A DNA stretch of 64,000 nucleotides, taken from positions 5,969,434 through 6,033,433 of the forward strand of contig CM082593.2 of assembly GCA_040954595.2 (NCBI GenBank), read 5' to 3'. Positions 33,801 to 45,487 of the stretch are shown here, piece by piece. The notes below the pieces were generated by a model. The model had not been told where the DNA came from. It searched no databases and saw only the letters and a list, made by a program, of their open reading frames with translations. Position numbers and translations under genes: made by a program. The stretch's first letter is position 1, and each line of letters starts with the position of its first letter. Origin of the DNA: Balanoglossus misakiensis. Lineage: Eukaryota; Animalia; Hemichordata.

Positions 33801-36800
33801 CTCGTCCTTGACCTTGAAGTTCCTCAGCACCGCCGACTTCGGCAGCAGCGGCTCCGGCCGGCGGGTCGGCGTGGAGACGGGCGACGCCGAGCACATCTTC
33901 GGGGTCGTCGGGGGCGCCGACGACGACGTCTGCAAGGCGGTCTCCCAGGTCCTCAAGGTGTACATGGTGCCGGAGATCAGCTACGGGGCCAGCATGTCGG
34001 CCCTGAGCAACCCCTGGAACTATCCGAACTTCTTGAGAACCGTGCCCCCGGACACTCGACAGATTGCGGCCATAATCCAAGTGATGGCCCGGATAGGGTG
34101 GACCTACATACAAGCTGTTCACACAGATTCAACTTGTGGATGGGACGGCACCAGTGTGCTCAGGCAACAAGCACCTCCGGTATGTTAAAACTTACCCATT
34201 CCACCCCCAGTTCCCTCTTTAGAGGTCCAACCTTACCATAGAAAACAATTGAGATTTGGACTGAACCATGGTGGTGAAAGGGTTAATTAAAAGTATTCAC
34301 ATTGTCACCACAGCAATGGTTTAACCCTATTATTCTCATTGTTCTGGTAATTGATTCATTTACAGGAAACTGGGTCAAATTTGAGTTCAAATACTAAAAA
34401 CATAAATGTTCATTCTTGTCAGGCTGGTATCTGTTTGACCCAGTACTTGGTTGTTCGAAGCCCAATATCGGACGAGAACATCGACGAGGTGCTTGCCAAG
34501 CTGGCAAAGCGACCCAACGCAAAAGGCGTCGTTGTCATCGGGTCGAGAGATCTCGTAATCGCTCTGCTCCGTGGTATTAAACGCAACAACATGGAAGGAA
34601 AGTTTTATTTGGTGGGATCCGAGGGCTGGGGACAAGAATCTCTTCCTGATGACCTGGCAGAGCTTGCCCTTGGTGAGTTACCCTAATCATGGCAAGAGGC
34701 GTTTTTGCACACTAAAAAATACTGCATTATTTTTCAAGTTTGTGAAAAATGCTAAGTCAGCCATATTGCAGGTTATCTGAAAGTTAAACACTTTGACCCC
34801 CTAGGTGCAGTAACAGTGAGCCAGACTCAGCGCCAACCAGATCGGTTTGTTAGCTCCGTGACGAGCTTGACTCCCCAGACCAACGATAGAAATCCTTGGT
34901 TTGATGACTTCTGGATGGAGAAATTCCAGTGTGTTCTGCATGGTCAGTCAGCAAATTGTCCAGGTAGGTAATTTATTCATACAAGAAAAATATTTACATG
35001 AACAACAAATTTGATTGGAGTTATTTTTACTGTATATTAGGAGACAAAGCCCCTTCTGTGATGGATGACTCGTATCTTTTTACAGATAGTGATCGTTTGA
35101 AAGCCGAAGATATTCCGTTGAACACCGTCGCAAACGTCATAGATGCAGTCAGTGCCTTTGCGTATACTCTGAACGAACTACACGCAGACAACTGCTACCA
35201 GTCTGACAAGGTGTGTGACAGTCTTTCTGACGTCACCGGGGAGAATGTGATTGACACTTTGAAAAGGAAGAGATTTCCGAGCCTGGCTGGTGATGGGAAA
35301 ACGGTGTCGTTCAACTACCAGGGCGACGATAACGGCTACTTTGATATCTTCAACTATGTGCGAGACGGGAATAAGTATGAGTATATCAAGGTATGTCCAA
35401 GAATGAAATGGGAGAAGTGATCCCGGTTTGTTCTTTTGTTATTGATTTTTGAGCAGAAGAAAATGGAGGCCAATTTGCTGTACACACCCCTGAAATTGAA
35501 TGCTATAGACTCACGTCATTGTGTATGTGTAATGATGTGAAATGAACAATATGGAAATGGATAACGTCCATGTGCCTTATTTGGAAATTAACAAAAAGAT
35601 CTGCCAATGAAATTTCAGGTCGGCACCTATGACATGACCGCCCAGCTCCAAATGGCCATTGATATCACCTTTTACAAAACGGATGGAGATGCGATGGCGT
35701 CACCACCAACATCAGATTGTGTTGGTCCGTGTGATGACTGCAAGACTGTTGAAAGGGCAAAGGTCGCGGAAATATCTGGGGGTGACATCTGGATTGGAGG
35801 TATTAAAATTTGATTTCTGCATAACATGTCATTTAATGTTCATACAAATGTGAGTATTGTAGGAAGATTCAATTTCTTTCGTTACATGTTAAAGTTTGTT
35901 TTTGCTCTCTCCCATCTAGGCTTATTTGAAATACGGAAGCCAGGTGAAACATTGATCGATTGTACCGATGACCTGGTCATGTACAACATGCAACTTTTGG
36001 AAGCGTTCTTCTTCGCCGTGGATCAAGTCAATGCGGATAACGCTACCCTTCCAGACGTGAAACTGGGTGCGATTGCGTTTGATACGTGCGGCCTGGTGGA
36101 GCGGGGAGTTCGCGAGACGACAAACTTCGTCACTGGCGGCGTGGAGTACCGCTCGGGCTATCCGCCGGCGCGCGTTCGCGTCAGCGGCGTGATCGGAGGG
36201 AGCACCAGCGACGTGTCGCTCGAGGTCGCCCAGGTGCTGACGTCGTTGCAGGTCAGCCAGATCAGCTACGGCGCCACGTCGGAGACGCTCGGCGACCGCG
36301 ACGACTTCCCGTTCTTCGCGAGGACCGTGCCGTCGGACGGCGATCAGGCCGCGGCCCTGGCGGACGTCATGAGCGCGCTGGTTTGGAGGTACGTCTCGGT
36401 AGTGTACACCAAGAACGAGTACGGCCGGGACATGCTCGAGGAATTCGTCGCCGCGGTGAAAGACAGGGACGTCTGTATCGCGACGAGCCTGTCGCTGGAA
36501 CCTGACGCGTCCGATGAAGAGTTCGGGTCTGTGGTAGATTCGTTGCAGTCTCAGCTGCAAGCGAAAGTAGTCGTACTCTTCACCAGTGACATTCAGACTG
36601 GAAATCTGCTGCTGTCTGCTGAGAGAAAGGGGCTGACGGATGTCCAGTGGTTCGGGACTGAGACGTGGGGAGACCGTCCGGCCGTCGTCGAGAACGCGAC
36701 GTCCACCTCGCGCGGCGCCATCACCTTGCAGTTCAAGAGGAACCCCTCGGACGAATTCAAGGAGTACTTCACCGCCCTGCAGGCGTACAGCAACCCGCGC

Positions 36801-39800
36801 AACCCCTGGTGGTCCCAGTGGTGGATGCACCACTTCCGTTGCAACCTCAACGTCTGGGGCGTGGAGAAACCGTTCGACGTTCCCTGCCCGTGGAACCAGG
36901 GTCTCTCCGAGGGCTTCGTCGAAGAGGCGGACGTCGGGTACGTCACCAACGCCGTCTGGGCATTCGCCAAGGGAATGCACGCCGCCATCCTCGAACTCTG
37001 TCCGAACAAAACCAACCACCTCTGCCCGGAAGTTGTCCAGAACCCGGAGATCCTCAATGCTAGGATCCGGGAGGCAAGGTTCAAAGGTCATGGTGGTGTG
37101 GATTTCAGTTTTGATGATATTGGAAACGGGCCTGCAGAATATGATATTTTGAATCTTCAGGTACTGAATGGTACTACACAATACGTCAAGGTAAATATTT
37201 CAAATTCACATTTCATCATGTTATGTATACATGAAGCCTGAAGATTAAAAATCATGACAGAATTTCATTATTGAGATTATTCTTTATTTTGGTAGGTCGG
37301 GGAATGGAGTTCAAGTGTGATGAACTTGACTGCTGAACAAATCAAAAGCTACGATGCTGACGGCAATGCCGTGCGGTTACCAACGTCTCGGTGCATTGGT
37401 CGATGTCTGGAGTGTCACCGGCTGTCGGCCGAGTCGCCGAAAAGCGCTGAACTTTCCGGGAGACTTCAAATAGCCGGACTCTTCAGCGTTCACGAACGAG
37501 GCGATCATCGCGTCGAGTGCGGCGAAGTCAGGGAGGATGGAATTGCGTACGCGGAAGCGATGATGTACGCCATCGACAGCATCAACGACGATCCCGCCGT
37601 TCTGCCCGGCGTCACGTTGGGCGCCACCGTTTTCGACACGTGCTCGAGCACAACGCGCGCGGTTAGAGAGCTGTCCGGGTTTCTCAGCGGTGCACATTTC
37701 ACCGATGTCAACTCGCCCCCGTCGACTTCCTTGCCCGTCATTGTTGGCGTCGTCGCCGCTGAGAATAACAAAGATGCAGCAACGCTGGTCCAAACAGCAG
37801 ACGAGTACAAATACACCCTGGTGAGTTGATGAAGATAACATTTTTAATCGTTTCTGAATGGTCAGCTTTGCTGCAAAAAATAAAATCATTGTGTGTTGTG
37901 AGTCAGTAGAGACTGTGTGTGTTTTTCGTGAGAATCTGAGATACAGAAATATAATATATTATTACACAGGAATACTTGTGTTGTCTATATGGTTAAAACT
38001 ATTTGTTACGCGTACATGTCTCAAAAATAATTGACCTTTTCTCCTAGGTCAGCTATGGTGCAATGACTTCGCTGCTAAGCAACCAGGACGTTTATCCATT
38101 CTTCCTTCGTACTGTTCCGAGTGACGAGAATCTTGCAGATGTGTTGATTGATGCAATCTCTCATTTTGGATGGTCCTACGTCTCTGTTGTCAGGTCAGAT
38201 GACATGTACAAGAAAGCCGGTGAGTGTGGCTTGTTTTTCATTCACGTGTTGCGTCGCTTTTCTCTTCACAGTGGAGTGAAGAGAAACCAAGCAGTGCATT
38301 CTGGGAGAATCTGTACAGCCTCACAAACTCACACAGGATCATGGGATGCAAAATGAGGGGGCAAATATCAACCAAAATGGACCAATCTTGTTGTTTTTTA
38401 ACTCAAATTCTGCTTGACGTTTTTAGAAAACATACACAGGCATCAGATGATGTGGAGAGTGGAAAAATTTATTTCTGATAGACGTACAATATGGAATCTT
38501 CTTTCTATACACAGAAATGGAATTATTTATGCGTAAAGCCACGGAAAGCCAAATCTGTTTAGCTACAGTTGTTGAAATGGGTCCTATGATTGGTGTCCCC
38601 GCTGCTGTTGAGAAACTTTCTGAGTTTGGTGACACTGGTGTTGTCGTTTTATTCACCCATCCTACCGACACTAGAAACATCGTGCAGCAGTCAGCTTCAG
38701 GTGCCAAGAGACATTTGTGGGTTTTCACGTCTGACGTCACGCAGCCGTCATTCTGGCAGGGTGGAGTACTGCCCCCTAGAGGTGGACTCTCGATTCTTTT
38801 GAGTTCGGCAACCGACCTGCAGCAGTACTTCGGCCGGCTGAAACCCGAGGCGAACGAGCGAAATCCGTGGTTCGCCGAATACTGGCAGGACAAATTCAAC
38901 TGCAGTCTGCCGGGAGAGAATTCACACTCTGAAAATTGCAGCCAGTCGCTGAAGATGTCAACACCGAACTATCCCCTGGTGGGTCATGTCGTATCAGCAG
39001 TGAATGCCGTCGCAAGAGGAGTGCACGATTTACTCACATCGAAGTGCGGTCAACAGGGCATGTGCTCCCAGTTCATTGCCTCCACACCTGAGGAATTCCT
39101 TGAGAGTGTCAAGTCAGTTGCCTTCAGTGGTTCAGACGGTCTGTTCAAATTCACGGACGGACATGGTCCGGCAAAGTATGAAATCTGGAGTATATCAGAC
39201 ACTGTTTCCACCAAGGTATGATGTATATTATGATTTTCAACTTTACCCATTGCATATCCTCAAATGTGTAGGGAGAGTCTCGTATTTCTAGTGATATCTT
39301 TCTGAATACATGTTACTCGGAATGATTTTGTGCCAGATTGCATAAAAATTTGTCTTTGATTTAGGTCGGATCGTGGGGCGAGGGCTCCCTTTCAATACCT
39401 TCCCAGCCAACGGCTCTACCAGCTGTGCCCAGTCTTCCTGACGTGGATTGCAATGCTGTGGATTGTCCTGTGTGCGTGCGCCAGTTGCTGCCGCCGTCAT
39501 CGACAGTGGCCACCATCAACACCCGAGGAAACCCCCAACCACCTGTTACCGGGATGCCGGCAGTCACCACCCGACCGGAACCACAGCCGGGAGCAACAAC
39601 GAAAGCCGGAAACACGAGGAAGCCACCAGCGCCTGTGATTGGTCGGACCTTCAGCCTAGACGGTGAGAACGACGTCTGGGCCATCATTGTTCTGTGTTTG
39701 ACCGTGTTGGGGGTCGTCAGTTCAGTGGGAGTTTTGGTGTTTTTCCTCCTCAAACTCAAGCATCCGGTCGTCCGGGAATCCTCGTCCAGTCTCAACATCG

Positions 39801-41253
39801 TTCTCCTGCTGGGAATCGTCTTCCTTTACTTACTGAGCCTCGCCTTCGTCGCGGAGGAGAGTGCCGTGTCGTGCGGTATTCGCCGGTTCGGTCTCGGGTT
39901 CTTCTACGCGATGTGCTTTGCTGCCTTGTTCGTGAAAATTGTACGCATCTACCGCATCGGGAAGTACGAGAGGCGCATCTCAGGCCCCAAACCGAAGTAC
40001 ATCAGTGCAATGAGCCAGACCATTTTTTACGGGGGTGTCATGCTGAGCGAGCTGCTCCTGGTCGTCGAGTGGTTGATCGTTGATCCGGCAGACGTTGTCG
40101 TCAAGGGAGACAATTTCGTGTGCAGGCAAACCACAGGGGCATTCATTGCATCACTGTTGTATGTCTACCTCCTCATCGCGGTGACAACAGTCATTGCATT
40201 CCTGGCGCGGAGGTGTCATGACATCTTCCACGAAGCCCTCTACATTTTGATTTGCTGTATAGGTATGTCTGCGTCTTTTCTTAATTTAAGTGCTGCCTTT
40301 TTATTCCAAAATATGACGATTCTTATTTGTGGATACGATTTTGTTTTCTGACCACTCTGATATCCTGTGTTTGTCTAACTGTGCAGAGTCTGTGCATATT
40401 GTACTCTTCTGTATTACGCATTTTAATGATTAAAGTGTGTGCTGGCCTAGAAATTGCCTCCCCCAATATCAACGAACAAAAGCTGTATTGTCACATTCTA
40501 TTTCTAGGTTCCATCCTGACGATAGTCACCTGGGCTCTCGTGGCTACTCTCGGACCCGACGGCTATGAGGATCAGGCCATCTGTTTTGGAACCCTGCTCA
40601 ACGCAAGCCTGATTTTGGCGTTGATGTTTGCGCCCAAGATTAAACTCATCGTCACCAAGCACGAGTTTTTCGACAATGCCTCCATGACGTCAGGCATCAC
40701 GGTCCAGGACGGCCAGACAGCCGGGGCCTTTCAAAACCCAACCTACAGCGTCTATGGAGCTGCAGAGAAAGGTGAGTTTATCTTTCAAGTTAAAGTAATA
40801 CACACAAGACAGTGAACAGACAAAAAGAAGAAGACTGCTTGGTGTAAGTGTTGTGTTTTTAACAAAATTCAGCAAACACGGCTCCATGTGTTCTATTTCA
40901 AAAATAGTTAGCAATCCTGCTCCACATTCGACAAAAAAGGGTTATATTTTTTACATATTTACATTCATAAGTATTAAACATACATACACTCATACACACA
41001 GGAAACCTGGCTAAACAAGGAATAATCTTGTTTTCTTAAAAAAATATTGTCTTTTCATGAGCTTTACAGTTTGATTGATAAATGGATTTCAGTCTGTTTG
41101 TTACCAATTTGATGAAAATTCACTATTAATTCTATTGTTACAGAATACTCTGAAGTTCACAAAGAAGAAGCACAAGACTCAATAGACTCATTTACAGCTG
41201 ATCCGGAACACATTGATGCACATGTCACAGAGCATAGTACCACAGCTTTGTAA
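30865..41253 (+). CDS. Class C (mGluR/CaSR-like) GPCR with four tandem Venus-flytrap domains, ~2339 aa
   Basis: 17 exons: 30865-31114, 31635-31763, 31950-32116, 32249-33094, 33244-33396, 33586-34179, 34423-34672, 34805-34963, 35041-35390, 35619-35799, 35920-37190, 37296-37820, 38048-38219, 38515-39215, 39365-40262, 40508-40771, 41144-41253. Total 7020 nt, all GT-AG and phase-compatible. One signal peptide, four copies of the GD-I-G-F / DSC or DTC / SYG / RTVPxD / NPW motif series, one class C 7TM ([28 protein letters not shown]), C-terminus STTAL. Confidence 0.88.
33436..33528. mobile_element. MITE copy 5 (best preserved; GPCR intron 5)
   Basis: TTAA CCCTTTCACC...GGTGAAAGGG TTAA: perfect 10-bp terminal inverted repeats between TTAA duplications. 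Confidence 0.8.
34192..34286. mobile_element. MITE copy 6 (reverse orientation; GPCR intron 6)
   Basis: TTACCCATTCCACCCCC...GGTCCAACCTTACCATAG...AACCATGGTGGTGAAAGGGTTAA. Confidence 0.7.
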
Positions 41254-42493
41254 CTTGTTCATCACTGTACCCTTGAAAAAGAAGTAAGATTTTTCCCTTT
41301 AAGGTAGTACACCCTCAAAAAATCAAAGTCTTAAACTTTGTCTCATATCTTGCTCAATGCGACTTTAGATTATTCTCTGTTAAAATTATGAATACAATTT
41401 GGGGGTCACCGTGCAAAAATTTGAACGAGAGAGCAAATTGTCTCAAATTTGAAATTCAAAATGGCCGCCAATCATTGGAGAAAAATTAAGTATATTTTTT
41501 TTATGAAAACAAGATGGTAAACACTATGCTTTCATCAACATCTTTTTTAATTGTTCACTAGTGGCATGGGTCACTTTACAATATTCACACAGTACATGTA
41601 CTCAGAAATACGGATACCACCTACTTAATCAAGTTGTAATTATTGGAAAGAAATTTGATTTTTATATGGTATGAAAAAAAGTTGTATTTTATTTGAATGT
41701 GTACAACTAAACTTATGGAACAGCAACTAGTCTGGAACCGTGACATTGCAGTTATCACCAGGCTGTAACCATAGTGACAAGCAGTCAGTGTTAAATGCAT
41801 CCATGACAACAAGGGTGCACACATGGGCTCTATTTGATCGCAGCCATGGCAACAGACTTCCCTGCTTCACCATACTCTATCCACAGCATCAAACCTGAGT
41901 GATGTCATAGGTCATCAGGGGGTCAGAGTGCAAAGGGTTGACCTGACTGCAACATTCATGATTTTTTTTTATTTTGTGTATGCATTACTGTATATATTTG
42001 AACAGCAAAAGTATAGCAGAATATACTTATCTTTATTTTTTTTAAAGCATTTGACAATGGACAGTTTTAACGTATATTTCTGAAGTTACTTTAGGTGGAT
42101 ATTTACTGCTGCTTTGCATTTGTTTTCTATGGATATTTCTGTGCTTTATTACATAAAAATGTAATCTAATAAATTTCCATTTTTGTAGAAAAGTACATTT
42201 GCAGTAATCTTCATTTCAATTAGAAACTTAGAATCGCATAATGTCAGGAAAAGTTTATTAATTTAGCCAGATTTATTTGTGTGATATTTCACCATGGATG
42301 ACATGGAAAAGCTGTAAAGTCAAAGGTCATCTGTAGTAAAAAAATTAAAGCAGCTACAAGCTGTCTCCCACCAACTTCAGAGTAGTCCTAGCTTAAGCAC
42401 TTTGAACTATGTTTTCAGCTGAGTCAATGACTTTGGTTGCAACAAGGTCCATGGTTGAATGAAATAAAAGTCAATCCCAGTTTCTTCTAGTTA

Positions 42494-43225
42494 CTAGAGA
42501 GGCTCTGGTTCCAATTTTGCATAGGGTGGTAGTTTAGTCGTTGGTAGTGGTTGACTTGCATGTGTCTTCAGTTTCTGTATTCTCTTCTTCGTCTACGAGA
42601 AATAATATAATCAGTAGGTATGACCATGAAATAGACTCTACCAAGTCAAGTAGAACACCAGTTCAGCGAATGAAACCGTCATTTTCGTCGCTGGAGGCGC
42701 ACTCACCTTGGTAACGGCTTCTCCGGCCAACACCAAAGTCAGCGTGTGGGCACCGTCGAACTTCACGTCCACCTTCTTGAAATATTTCCCCTTCTTGACC
42801 GGCTTCCAGCTGACGCAAACGGCCGTCTCTTCCAGGTTTCCGAGCAGCCAGTATGTCACGGGCATCGAGAAGCCCTCATCGCCGGGGAATTTCGACGAGA
42901 CGACTAAATCACGAGTGAAGTCAGACGGGTTCTGGATGAGGAAACGCCTTTTTCGCCGCCGACCGATCTTCACCCTGCCAAAGTGGATAAGAGTTGGTCT
43001 TTTGTGTTTCGTGTAAGTTAATCTCATCACGGGTATTCCGCGAAGAACGTCGCCGCCATCATTCGGTTGGGTAAGCCACGTCGTCTTTCGTGATTTTAGT
43101 CTTTTGCTTCCATTGGATGTATCGCCTAGGTTACTGTTGTCGCGGTTACCAACCAATTTCTGAGAGAGAGGGAGAAGGAGGAAGAGAGAGAGTCAGACAT
43201 TCACAAACGGATGGATGGATGGATG

Positions 43226-43286
<61 letters not shown>

Positions 43287-43522
43287 TTTCAAGGATATCT
43301 CACCCCAACCTTGTATGCATTTTCCACCTTGACTCTATACGGAGGTTTTCGGCTGCGTCGTAGCTTGCTCAGCAAAATCCGGGAGGAATTCCGACACATC
43401 GATCCCATTTCGACCGAGTCTGCACTGCGCTCCGATGTTCTCACCGTGGGGACGTCATCGTTGACTGGCTGCAACTTGCCACCGTGACCTACGCGTCTCA
43501 GCTTGCCAAAGCACGACCCCAT
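42494..43522 (-). CDS. Small ASH (ASPM-SPD-2-Hydin) domain protein, ~256 aa
   Basis: Exons 43304-43522, 42707-43159 and 42494-42592, all phase 0. IHFGRVKIGRRRKRRFLIQNP...KFPGDEGFS...VCVSWKPVKKG...LVLAGEA aligns by eye to the ASPM N-terminal ASH domain (LCFGDVLLG...LDNP...HFPAADLGFS...ISVNWTPLKEG...ILLGNA). Confidence 0.7.
43209..43286. repeat. (GGAT)n(AGAT)n tetranucleotide microsatellite
   Basis: Directly visible in intron 1 of the ASH-domain gene. Confidence 0.95.
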
Positions 43523-45487
43523 CTGCGTTTTAACGGTTTATTCAGAGAGACAAATTGTTCAAATGATATTTGACATCTTATACACGTACACTCAACTGCG
43601 TTTGTTTTCGGGCAGTTTCGATTGCTTTCACTGGAGGAAGAGATTGGCGGATTCAATTGGCCCCTTGAAAAACAAATGTACAAACTGCACTTACTGTGTG
43701 CGTTGGAAAAATCTTCAAAAGTCAGCAGGCAATTGCAATCCGTGCATGAGAAACAAAGATTGTTGCGTTGAGAATCAGCTTTTGTCAGTTTGTTCCGCGT
43801 TCGGTTTTTGTGTTTCGCGTCTTTTCTGTAACGTTTTTCGCTTTCCTTGCACTCTCCCGATGGAACATCTTGCCAGCGCGTGTTGAACACGATGAATCTC
43901 ATTTCCACACTTGGAGGCGCTCTTTATATCTGAATAAGTTATGGCTAATTAAACTACGCAGAGTGTTTCTTAAAATATATTTTATTTCAAGATTGGATAC
44001 CAGCAAAAACATATCCCTCAGTACAAACGACAGCTACCGATATACTCAATAACAGTGGGGAATTCGGAATTTTTACAAAATCAACAAATCTTGGTAAATA
44101 TGCAAAAAAAAGTACTTGATTGGTTAAAGCGTGTGATTTGATCACAAAAATATGACGTAACTTTTTATTCATTATTTCATTACTCATATAATTAAGTGGG
44201 AATTATTAATATTAGTTTTAATACGGTAAATAGGTATTCAAGTTATGATATAAACCAGTCACAATATATTTGGAATGCTGTGGGTATCATTTATTAATAT
44301 TAGAAATAATTGTAAGTACACGTGATTTCTACATTGCTTTTCATCCGAAAGGCAATGTATTCTGTCGTTGCATTGCATATTCACGGGGAACTTCCTGGAT
44401 GTGTGTATATGATATTTGGTGCGATGGTTTAAATTCGTTGGTACATTGCATCGGATTTCGAACGAACACATTTATCCAGAAAAATTCCCGGTTTCAAGGC
44501 TCGTATACATGAGTGCAGTTATCAATTGTAAGCTGCAGTGCGTGTATTTACAACCGACACAGTAAACGTATGCCGGTTTTATTAATATTAATTATAAAAA
44601 TAGTATTGGAATTGTGCATTGTATAACAGTACAGTAAAATTAGTTTTACCCTTTCCCATATTATTCGAACTTTATAACGTTACCTCTCTCATCCCGGTTA
44701 TTACAAATTCTGTCGAAATTTATTCAAGTGACAAATAGTTAAAATCAAGACACATCTTATGTGGAGATATATTGCGCCTCTTCCCTAATACGTATACAAT
44801 AATATTTTTTATCGTACTGTTTCACTAGTTACGTAAATATAATATAAATTTCTTAAATGGCAGCTACTTCCCACTAGAACTTAAATATATCAGCATATAA
44901 AATACAAAAAATCGCTTTTGCGGATAAAAATGTGGGAAAACAAACTATCCATTAAGGAGACAGTCTTTAATTTTTGACGTTTTTTTGGCATTTCATCTTG
45001 GGAGTTGTTTATGTTGATCTAAATATATTGTATATTGTAAACAACCAAACGTGCACAATATTCATCGGGGAAAAAAGGTTTCTAAGAAAAAAGTAGTGCA
45101 GCATTTTCATAGCCAAAAAAGTCCAAAAAAACAGAAGCCAAAAATAAAGGGCCTACAGAGATTATATATATTGCATAATATATAACGTACTTTCTTGGAT
45201 TGCAAATAAAGACACCCGTCTTTGAAGGCGTGTACTAGTACATTTTGCGTCAAGAAAGAAAATATGCGTAGAAAACAACACAATCTGTAAATTTTCAGAT
45301 ATAATGAACAATTACGATACAGGTTAACTTTGCTTGTAGTTTGGAGAATGTCTTCACACGCGGTGGTGACCAAGATGGCGACGACTCATTAACAGGCATT
45401 GCTTCAAAATTGTCCCCCGCTTATTTGCACAATCTGGGCCTGTTGGCTATTGCATCTCACGTCAAGTCCAAGTGCCGTAGTAGTCAC

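Noticed and set aside
35922-37181. 419-aa antisense ORF over the VFT3 exon, plus similar shadows at 33630-34241 and 12557-13477
   Set aside because: Shadow ORFs of GC3-rich coding exons; no recognisable motifs or splice context.
30865-39400. Alternative reading as four separate VFT genes or an assembly duplication
   Set aside because: There is only one signal peptide, two module junctions lie within exons, all phases match, and the modules are strongly diverged.
41299-41500. Possible degraded interspersed repeat sharing AAATTCAAAATGGCCGC with about 63500, and partly with 25090 and 55266
   Set aside because: The shared core is too short to define boundaries or family without a repeat library.
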